Origin: Mobula hypostoma | Taxonomy: Eukaryota | Direction of reading: 5' to 3' | Assembly (NCBI RefSeq): GCF_963921235.1 | Contig: NC_086109.1 | Coordinates: 21,764,001 to 21,828,000, forward strand | Length of the DNA: 64,000 nt | Part shown: piece after piece, positions 54,296-64,000 of the stretch | Numbering within the stretch: the first letter of the stretch is position 1 | Layout: each line of letters starts with the position of its first letter | Notes under the pieces: generated by a model | Database searches by the model: none | Told to the model about the DNA's origin: nothing | Seen by the model: the letters and a program-made list of their open reading frames with translations, nothing else | Position numbers and translations under genes: made by a program

Positions 54296-57200
54296 TGGAG
54301 GTGCACAGACATACAACCAAACGAAACAACATTCCTCTGGACCTCAGTGCACGCACAAAACACATCAAATACCTCACATGAACCAAAATATTATCATAGA
54401 TAAGTAAATAAAATATAATTCTAAATGCATGTAATGCACAACACAGGGAAACTGTAAACAGCTTGTTGTCCTAATGAGACCTCAGTTCAGGTGCTCTAAA
54501 AACCTTGGTACCCAACCCTCTCCGGCTTCTGGTACAGGCCCAAAGAGCTCATTACAGTAACATTTATTCTCTCTGCTGCCACCAGTTGGAGCTAAGAGAT
54601 TAACTCAATAGATGTTCTAATGAGAAGTTAACTTGTGCCATTGGCAAATCCCTTTCAACAGGCTCACAATGAGGGAGAGCAGAGCTTGAGCTGGTATGAA
54701 TTCAGGGCTCCAGTCTACTGTCAATTGCTTGCCATCGTTGGCTTACAGAGCCATTTACCACAGCCTGTCAGGATTTCAGAAGCAGAATGTGAGGTCCTTC
54801 TAAAATATAGCGAACACTAAAATAGTAGCAGATAACTGTAACATATTCCAGGTTCAATTTGTGCCGATTAACATCAGCCCAAAGATCTGCATTCTGGACA
54901 GGAATGAGGAATGTTAACCCAGCCACATCCAATTTTGGTTATCAGGTGGGTTTTTTTCTCATTCATTCATGGACAAACATTGCCCATTCTAAATGACTTC
55001 TGAAGTAAGAGGTTTACCAATTCATTTCAGAAGCGGTTAACAGCTGGAGATAGATCTGGAGTCGGACATTAACCAAACCAGGCCAGGTCAGCAGACTTCC
55101 ATCTTTCAAGAGCATTAGTACACTGGTCAGACTTTTAAAAACAGTCTAGTCATCTCTGAGATTTTTTTTATTCCAGACACAGATTTATTTAACAGGCTGA
55201 ATTTAAATTGCCCATCCGCTCTGACGGATAATACATTTAAGTCAGTCCTCTGAATACACGTGCAGTAATTTAGTCACAGTGCTGCTTTAAAGAAATTGAA
55301 GCTTGGGATCCTGGCAGTAGTCTTAGGCTGGACAAAGTTGGGCCAGGGTGGAATTGGGAGAAGGAAATCGGAAAACGTGGGACAAAAGATATCAATTCAG
55401 GCTGAAGATAACAAAAGGCAGGAGAGGAGAAACTCCTGGAACTCATAATTCCATTTTCAAGTATTTACAGACTTCAAACGCTTACCTATTTGTGGCTGGT
55501 TCCTCATTGCCTGTGCTCCTGGAGGTGAAGTATCAAGCTAATGGCCAGTGTATGTGAAAACAGGCCCTGTTGCAGAAATTACGCTCAGTATGGTCCCATG
55601 GATGTAAGGCACAAAATGGGTTGTCTCTGTGTAACTCTGGACAAGAATGGTGCTGGTGATGAAAGGCAGAGGATAAGAAAGTGAAGGAGAAAAAGTGGAA
55701 AGAAAAGAGAGGAAAAGAGAAGGGGTTGGTGAGCTGTTGTAGACAAATTCTCTGCAGTGGAAAAATAGGCGGGGAGGCGCCATTAGTAGCAAAGAGAATA
55801 TTCCTTTGTTCTTCTTACGAGGGTTATCTGTGTCCCAACATCAGCAATTTCATGACAAACAAGTTGAAACAATGTCTCTATTTAACCTCGAGGGGGTATT
55901 AGGAAATGTTATTAACATTTGCTAGTTTTGTCAAAACTTTTTAAGCCTTTGCAATTATAATTACTGACTTACACACTTAATATTTTTCCTTTGAACAGCA
56001 TGCATGGATCTGCACAGAGTACCAACAAGTTCAACATCACATTGTTTATTTCACATTCAACTCATGTTACATGAAGGCGAAGACGAAAATATAATCTTCA
56101 TTTTGATTTTTACAAATTGAAATATTGGACAAAACGTTCAATGAACCCGTAACAATAGCTCACACTGAATATAGAAACTGCGCCTCTGAAATACCAAAGC
56201 AGTGGCTTCTGGCTTTGTGTTTGAGAAAATGAGGTAGAGAATTCACATTCCTCACTAAAGCATCAGGCCAGCCAAACCAATGATCTATCTATGATGTCAA
56301 ACCATTCAGAGCACCAGGTTACTGGACCAATCACAGCTTCAAGACGTGCAGATACACTGACCTCCCAACACATGGAGCCAAACATCGCACAGAGAAATGG
56401 AAAACCGTTGTAAAAGCTTTGGCACACAGAAAGAAATGCCATAGAGCCGAGATCATTTTTAAAAACAGGAGATATGGGATACAAATAACAGAAGCACGGA
56501 ATGTGACATAAATAATGGGATGGAGTGTGGGTAGGGTTGAGTTTCTGGTGTCATTGGGCATAACGACAAATACTTCTACTCTAGTGTACAACAAGGTTAA
56601 GAAAAACCTTAGATAATAAAGTCTGAAACGGCACAAATCCTAGCAGTAAAGGGGTAAGACAATAGAGAAGGAGGGGCTGAGAGCCCTGAGACAAAGCATT
56701 CCTATTACCTACAAGGCACAAGGCAAAAGGACAACAGATTTGACTGGAAGGTGCAACATTAACCACCAAGAACTCAAAACTATCCAGGACAGAGCAGCCC
56801 ACTTGATCTACATCTTAACTATTCATAGCCTCCACCACTTAACATACCATAGCTACAGCATGTATTAAATATAAAGTGCAACTTCACTGTAAGGAAGCCA
56901 CTCGTCAGATATTGATCTCAGCCTGTTTGTTCCTTCTCCCCTTCTAGGAGTGGAAAACATGCCCAGCATGACCTGCCAGGCACATCCTCCTGCTCGGAGT
57001 TTAACAGCTTGCACATTCTTTTCCCTACATTCTCACTCTCCAGCTGCTGCCAACCACTCACTGACCTGATAATTCTGCTTGTGTCTTATTCTGCTGGTCA
57101 CCCTGATTTTACCCTACGAGACTCCCCCCTCTCTGCCGCCCCCCCCCCCACACCACCCTACCATCTCTGCAGCTTATTGGACTTCTTTTCTTACCGTCCC

Positions 57201-57320
57201 AGTTCCAATGAAGGACATTCCACTGAAAACATTAAATTGATTTCTTTTCCCTCAGCTGCAGTCTAACCTGCTGAACATTTCCACCATTTTCTAAACACAA
57301 GAGATTTGTAAGTCCATTGT

Positions 57321-57500
57321 AACACACACAAAATGCTGATGGAAGTCAGCAAGTCAGGCAGCATCTATGGCAAAGAATAATGAGCCGATGTTTCAGAGTG
57401 AGGTTGCTTCGGCCCGAAACGTCAGCTCTTTATTCCTTTCCACTAATGCTGCCTGATCTGCTGTGTTCCTCCTGCATTTTGCGTGTGTTACTCCAGCATC
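57321..57500. mobile_element. Old PLE fold-back
   Basis: Inverted arms ACACACAAAATGCTG... and ...GCATTTTGCGTGTGT meet at a GGCCCGAAACGTC remnant. Confidence 0.65.
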
Positions 57501-58027
57501 TTCACTTTTTATTTTGGATTTCTAACGTCAGTAGTTGTTGGGACTTTCATAAAATGCTTCTGTGACAGCACTCCTGAAATGTGCAACTTTCAGTAATAAG
57601 AAGACAAGGAGAGATACAAATTCCACTCCAAGGTACAAACAACACTGACAAAATAGAACAGCTGCTCCCGGTCCTCACTGGCTGAAATCCTGGAACTTGC
57701 TGCTGAACTACTGTGGAGCACCTTTGCCAGAGGCAGTGGAGGTTCTAGGAGGCAGCTCACTACCTACAACCCAGTTAAGGTTGAGCAATGATGATGATAG
57801 GCTTACCATCAATGGTGCAATTCACCTCCAGAGGAAAATAATTACAAAAACAGAGATTCACCAAGACATTGCTTGAATTGGAAGACTTTAGTTTTATGGA
57901 GGGATTGGGTAACCCAGGAGGGAAAGAGGCTAAGGAATAACTAGATAGCGGTTTATACAATTATAAGGGACGGATATTAAGAATCATTTTCCCAAGACAG
58001 GGTTATTAAAACCAAGACGGCATAAGT

Positions 58028-58624
58028 GCACAATCCTGATTTGATGGAGACAGACGTGAGAGCACAGCGGAACATCTGGAAAACTTCTGAAATGTCTGCT
58101 TTGCTACCGCTGCTACTGTGTGGTAACCGGAATCTCCGGAGCTGAAGGCCTCGAAATCCTCGGCTTTGCGTGTTTCAGTGGCCAGGGAGAGGTCGAAGGC
58201 GCTCAGCAGAGGATGGCACTTGGGAGGCTGTATCGGAGAGGCTGCTCGGAAGCTCGGAGTTTTTGGATGGATGGATGGCTGGGGTCGGCTGCTTCCAAGG
58301 CATCGGCAAGTTGACGGTGCCTGGAGGTTTATGGCAGGAAGTTTCTCCCTTTTGCCGCCTGCTACGAGGGACTTGGGAGTCGATCGACTCGGGGACTTTG
58401 AGACTTTTTTTTACTGTGTCTGTGGTCTGTTCTTTATCAAATTATGGTATTGCTTTGCACTGCTGTAACTATATGTTATAATTATGTGGTTCTGTCAGTG
58501 TTAGTCTTTGGTCTGTCTTGTTTTCTGTGATATCACTCCGGAGAAACATTGTATCATTTCTTAATGCATGTATAAATTTCTAAATGACAATAAAAGAGGA
58601 CTGAGTGTTCTCATAATCTAATCT
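58028..58624 (+). mobile_element. Unclassified non-autonomous retroposon within a CR1 fragment
   Basis: GC-rich 5' half, AATAAA, (AATCT)n tail and TAAGT duplication; it splits a CR1 3' remnant (about 57850-58890). Confidence 0.6.
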
Positions 58625-59866
58625 AAGTTTAAGGCGAGAGGAAAGAATTTTAAAGAGGATTTGAGGAGAAAGTGAGCGTGATTGAAATCTGGAATTCTTT
58701 ATCACAGGAGGTGGTGGAATTAGATAAAATCACTCCACTTAAACAACATTTAGGCAGGCACTTAAATAGGCAAGGTGTAAAACGACACAGTCCTAATGCG
58801 GACAAATGGGATTAGTGCAATGGATAAAAGAGAGAGCATTGAACTGGTGGTCTGAGGTGGCTGTTTCTGTTCTGTACAGCTCTATAATGCTATTATTATA
58901 TTAAATATGTGGAAGCTTGAATGGATGGCAAATGGAAGTACTTTGATCTCCTTATTACACAAAAGGATAGAGAATAATTGCAGAAGTGCCACTATTTACA
59001 AAAATCTCACTAACATAATTGGATGGCTATTTCTATCAAGAAAGACTGTTTTCTTAGAAGAGAGCTGATAAACCCTTCGTCTTCACAATTCCAACAGGGG
59101 TTGCACTCATGAAGTAATGTATTAAGGCACAGGAGGCCATTCAGCCCAACAAATCCATACTAAAATAGATATGGAGATGTGTCTTTTTTTTACTGTGCGA
59201 GACATCAAAATCAAGGCTGGACTCTATCAAACCAAATAGTGAACTCAGAAGAGATTTCTTTATCCAGAGTATGGTCAGAACTTAATGCTGCAGGCAGAAG
59301 ATGGTAACAAAAGCATATATGTATATATGGGAAAACTCAGCTAAGAAAGCAAGGGAGGAATGAATTGAAGGATATGCTGGTAAGTTTGAAGTTGGGCTAG
59401 GTCGAGTGGAAGCACAAACACCAACATAGGTTGTTTGAGCTAAACCTGTTCCATGGATTCTTCATAAATTCCATGCAACATAGTGTTCTTGGCAGTGACC
59501 TAAAAATCCCGGGGCTTCAACTGCATATCCAGCCAGAACAAAGAATAAAGTCCTACAGATAATCAGTGAGTAAACTTTGGAAAAAATATCCACGCTCATA
59601 AAGTTCAATCGTTTTGTGATTCCATGATCCAATGAAGTGAATGTTTTAACATTTAAAGAAGAGCATCATTACTTAACAAGAAAAGGAGGCTGTCCAAGAC
59701 TTCACACCAGCTTCTCTACACTAGTGTTCCTCATCTTTTCCCACACCAGCCTGAAATCTGGTTCCAATTCATGCCCTTGGACTCCGACAGATTCAAGGCC
59801 CAGGACAGGTTGAACTCTCTCTTCAGCCTTGGACTCTGGCTGAACCCTCTGTTAAAATTTCCGGAC

Positions 59867-59954
59867 ACACTGGTTTGATATTAAACATGTCCAAAGATTA
59901 ATTTTCAGGCACACTGATTTAATATTAAACATGTCCAAAGACTTATTTTCAGAC
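59867..59954. repeat. 44-bp tandem duplication
   Basis: ACACTG(G/A)TTT(G/A)ATATTAAACATGTCCAAAGA..ATTTTCAG(G/A)C occurs twice. Confidence 0.9.
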
Positions 59955-61163
59955 ACAACCTGCAGCATTTTCCACATTCTCAACCAATAGCCTGAACAGG
60001 CAGGTTCCAGTGATGAGAGGGAGGCATGCATTTGGCTTGAGATTCTAGTAATTATTAATGTAAATGTTCCTGGTGCTAAGGTTGGTTTAATATTGACCCA
60101 CCCTTACACGGGGAGAGACAGGATGGGAAAAATCCCAGCACTGCTAATGCCAGAGAGGGCCAGGTTGAAGTTCTAACACAGAGCCCACGTTAGGTATTTA
60201 GGAGGTGGCTCTATTCCCGGGAAATAGTGGACTTTTGGACAAGGCTGCCAGCTCACACAATATATGAGCCAGTAAGTGGAACCTGCCTCACATTTCGAAA
60301 TATCCACAACTCTAGAGGCAAGGGATGAATGGTAAAACAAGACTATGAGTGCAACATAGTAGCATAGTATTTAGGTTAATTTCTAGATGCTAAGTAGAGC
60401 TCGGGTGGAAGGACTTTAAAAAGAGCGCTACTTCCTTGATATCAATGCTCCCCCTCCTTCCACCCCATCATCAAATCGGCCTGGTTGTTGTGTCTCTCAA
60501 AGTTCTCAAAGCCTTATGGGATCAATTACGTGGTAATGCCCAAGTTATTAAGGACAAGTTAGCTGGATCAGCACCTTTGTCACATCATTACACGCCCTCC
60601 ATTTCATTCTCCCTAAGGATGCCAGATACAATATGACAGATTTCAACACACAACCTCTTGATCACCCATCATGGAGCCACTTGTGGTCGGTCTGCAGCTC
60701 ATCCTTGAACTGCGTTAGTTGTTGACGCAAATGGCACTTTTCACCGTACATTTCGATGTAGATGTGATAAATAAAGCTAATCTTTTATCTTTACAACACG
60801 GCCATTTTTTACATGTCTACAATCACATAAAATTGTTCTAATTCTGCAGTCATTTTTGTCTTTGACTCCCAAGATTGTTCTGAATTGAGTACAGGAAATA
60901 TATCTTTAATTCCTGGAGACTCCAGTATGAGGAGCTTGGCATCCTAGGATGAGAAGAACTGTTGACAAGAAGGGGGAGAAGTGAAGAAGGGTGGGGAAGG
61001 AGATTACTGGTGATTATGCCCCAATAATAAATATTCGCTAACTTTAACTTGCCAGCAATCACTCCAGAAGCCCAGGTGTGAAAGAGTGTGGGGGGTGCGG
61101 TGAAAACTGGCAGGACTCCAAGGTAATCAAATTGTAAAAAAACAAACAGAATGCTTCCCACCC

Positions 61164-61414
61164 TCAAATAACTGTGTCCGAATCTCCACCTGCATCTTGG
61201 AAAGCTGGGCTTGCGTTTAAAATGTCCAGTTTGGTCTCATTCAGGTCAATTGTTGCTTCATGTTTTGACTTCCGCTCTTCCTCTTGCCTCTCTTTCTCCA
61301 GCAGCCAGTAATTCACTGCATTGCCAATGAACAGGTAGATGCTCGCGACGATCAAAACCACTCCACAGGCTATGTACACGTAGTGAAAGGCATCATACGT
61401 GTCCTTCAGCTTTC
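61164..61414 (-). CDS. SLC16A1: Monocarboxylate transporter (MCT1-like), last coding exon
   Basis: Acceptor TGTCTTTGTATTGCAG|GA at 61415/61414 is in phase with the upstream donor. It gives (G)KLKDTYDAFHYVYIACGVVLIVASIYLFIGNAVNYWLLEKERQEEE...DSDTVI-stop, matching TM12 and the C-terminal tail of MCT1/2. The intron spans 61415-63220 (GT..AG). Confidence 0.9.
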
Positions 61415-61906
61415 CTGCAATACAAAGACAGCTCTATCATTGTACATTCTACCTGTAGCCCACGTCAACTCACAGTGCAAGTCTGATCCATAGTACCATC
61501 CCAACATAGTCAAATACCCCACCCTATTGTATCTCCCTCCCCAACATTCTCAAAGATTCAGAGTGCATTTATTATCAACAAACGTATACATTGTACAACC
61601 TTGAGATTTGTTTGCCTAACAGGCAGTCGCAAGAAACCCGAAAGAAGCCATTTAAAAAAAGACCAACCCCCAGTGCACAGAGAAAGAGTTGAAAAAAACA
61701 AATCATGCAAACAACAGAAAAATTCAGAACTTCATCCCCTCTCCCCCACGCACCTACTTTCCCCTCACCTGGCTTTGCCTATCATCTTCCAGCTTGTACT
61801 CCTTCCCCCACCACACCTTCTTATTCTGGCTTCTTCCCCCTACCTTTCCTGTCCTGATGAAGGGTCTCAGCCCAAAACATCTACTCTTTATTTCTATCCA
61901 CAGACG

Positions 61907-62110
61907 TTTTTTTTTACGAGACACTGCTCAGAATAGGCCCTTACCCACTACAAGCCACGCTGCACAGCATCCCCTGATTTAATCCTAGCTTAATCAGGGG
62001 ACAATTTACAATGATCAATTAATCTGCCAACCGGTACATCTTTGGACTGTGGGAGGACACCAGAGCAGCCAGGGGAAACCCAGGCCGTGACAAGGAGAAC
62101 GTATGAACTC
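61907..62110 (-). mobile_element. V-SINE fragment inserted in an old PLE 3' end (about 61735-62183)
   Basis: Reversed V-domain (CTTTGGACTGTGGGAGGA..CCAGAGCA). The host PLE has GTCCTGATGAAGGGTCTCAGCCCAAAAC at 61851. Confidence 0.7.
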
Positions 62111-62776
62111 ATGCTGCCTGAGCTGCTGAGTTCTCCCAGCATTCTGTGTGTGCTACCCTGGATTTCCAGCATCTGCAGAATCTTTTTTTTAACTTTGCAC
62201 AAAGCTGCCCAAAATCATCACTTCATCCTATTTCCCAGTGTAGTTTCCCATTCTCCCTCCATCCTCAATCTCCCTGTTGCCAAATGTCCTAGCCCCCAAC
62301 CTACTCATCATCCATCCTCTCCAAATTTACAGTTGAATCTCTCTGCAATCCGTCCACCCACTGCACAGTTCCCGTCCACACTCTACTCTGTATGGACGCC
62401 ACCTCTCTCCCAAGACCACCCCATTATAATGACCATTCCTTTGACACTTGTCCAAATGTGAATTGACTGCTTTTCATTTCAGGCTGGGCTGCTGCAAAAT
62501 AACTTTCAACAGTTTCCTCTCTTATTTGAGGGAACTGCAGAAGCTGGCATTGTTCTCAGAACAGGGCAGATATAGGGAAGATTTTATTTACATCAACAAT
62601 ATCAGGGCCAAGAATCTGTCGAGACAGATTTAAGGTAATTGGCAAAATCCAGAGGCAATATGAGAATATATTCCTTTAAGCTGTTTTGTTCTGGGGCTTT
62701 TGGAGAGTTTCAACTGTGACTCTCCAAAAAGAATCGAATATATAATAAAAGACAAATTTTCTGCGTCATAGGTAAG

Positions 62777-63080
62777 CAGATTCTGGGCACGTGGTCAAGT
62801 GGTTAAGGCACTGGACTAGCAACCTGAAGGTCGTGAGTTCAAGCCCCAGCCGAGGCAACGTGTTGTGTCCTTGAGCAAGGCACTTAATCACACATTGCTC
62901 TGCAACGACACTGGTACCAAGCTGTATGGGTCCTAATGCCCTTCCCTTGGACAACATCAGTGTCGTGCAGCATGGGCAACTGCCGGTTTTCCACACAACC
63001 TTGCCCAGGCCTGCGCCCTGGAGAGTGAAGATTTTCCAGGCGCAGATCCATGGTCTCGCAAGACTAACGGATGCTTTTAC
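62777..63080 (+). mobile_element. tRNA/CORE-like SINE with an RTE-derived 3' tail (intronic)
   Basis: A box GTGGTCAAGTGG, B box GAGTTCAAGCC, core TGTGTCCTTGAGCAAGGCACTTAA. TSD CATAGGTAAG at 62767-62776 and 63081-63090. Confidence 0.85.
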
Positions 63081-63220
63081 CATAGGTAAGAAACAGAAGA
63101 GTGTGACCAATCAGAATGCTTTGCCAAGGAGGTAATAGACAATGCGCTTTATACCATTCCGTAAGGTCATGACCTATAACTCCCCCCACAGCATCTAGCC
63201 CCATTCCCAACCCAGCTTAC

Positions 63221-64000
63221 CTAGAACAGGAGGTCCTAATAGCACAGGGCAGCACTCTACAATGGTGACCAGCCCCACTGCACTGGAGAACCTCTGTGCC
63301 CCCACCAGGTCCATCAACGTCTCGAACAGGACGGCGCTCAGCATGCCGAAGGCAAAACCGAAGAAGATGGTGTATATGACCAGACCGGTGTAGTCAGTCG
63401 CCAAGGGCATCAAGACGTGGCAGATACCATTGTACAGCACAGAGAAAGAGAAGAAGTACTGGACCTTTGGTCTCACCCACTTGGTGTTGGCTACAAATCC
63501 CATGGATGGCCGGGCAAACATGTCCACAAAGGCCAGGATGGAGAGCAGGAAAGCTGCTTTATACTCATCAATGCCCATGTTTTTGGCATAGGAAGATAAG
63601 AATACCAGAGGGGCAAACAGACCGAAAAACATGATGACATTGCCGGACAAGTAGATCAGGAAACCCCTGTGCTTAAACAACGACAGATCCAGGTACTTGT
63701 TGATGGTTTGGAAGACACTGAGCTTTGGTTCTGGCTCTTTTTTCAGAAGGTCAGAATTTACTCCCTCTTCTTGTTTGACGCTCCCAGATACTTTCGGGGT
63801 GTTGGTCGCCGGGAGGCCAATGGGGCGCATGAGTGAACCGGCCACACAGCAGTTCAGCAGGATCCCACCCAGGATCAGGAAGCCTCCTTTCCACGAGTAA
63901 TTGTCATAAAGGTATTGGTTGAGAGGTGCCAGGGTGCTGAGGACCACCGGGCTGCCAGCCATGGCTAGCCCATTAGCCAGAGGACGTTTCTTGTAGAAGT
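63221..64000 (-). CDS. SLC16A1: Monocarboxylate transporter (MCT1-like), penultimate coding exon, 5'-truncated by the window edge
   Basis: Reads [17 protein letters not shown]...[11 protein letters not shown]...[28 protein letters not shown]...[11 protein letters not shown]...[36 protein letters not shown], the SLC16 MCT1/MCT2 signature. Phase-1 donor CTAG|GTAAGC at 63221/63220. Orthology to SLC16A1 rather than SLC16A7 is likely but not proven. Confidence 0.9.

Noticed and set aside
62784..62855. tRNA gene
   Set aside because: It is the head of a SINE, continuing into core and LINE tail within a TSD.
63195..63220. ORF extension KLGWEWG-stop
   Set aside because: Read-through past the GT donor into the intron; the true C-terminus is at 61164-61414.

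Overview
Repeat-rich vertebrate genomic DNA. The mix of CR1, Rex/Babar-like, RTE, V-SINE and Penelope repeats suggests a cartilaginous fish, probably a ray (inference). The only recognisable host gene is the 3' end of an SLC16A1/MCT1-like monocarboxylate transporter on the minus strand: the last two coding exons at 63221->64000 and 61164-61414. The rest is intergenic or UTR sequence filled with mobile elements. These include a near full-length but inactivated CR1 LINE (about 32.7-37.0 kb), a decayed Gypsy provirus with four nested insertions (12.2-18.3 kb), a non-coding mini-LTR element (41.1-42.6 kb), a Tc1 derivative, RTE fragments with a partner SINE, and many Penelope-like element (PLE) ends. 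The most striking structure is the PLE set. About 20 copies carry an intact or decayed minimal hammerhead ribozyme motif (AGTC-CTGACGA-stem II-GAAA-CGTC-GACT). At least 10 are fold-back insertions of 63 bp to 2.2 kb bounded by 10-16 bp target-site duplications (TSDs). In each, the two element 3' ends face outward, one end has an extra tail of about 40 nt, and the short copies often join at the ribozyme. All coordinates and alignments were read by eye; no searches were run.
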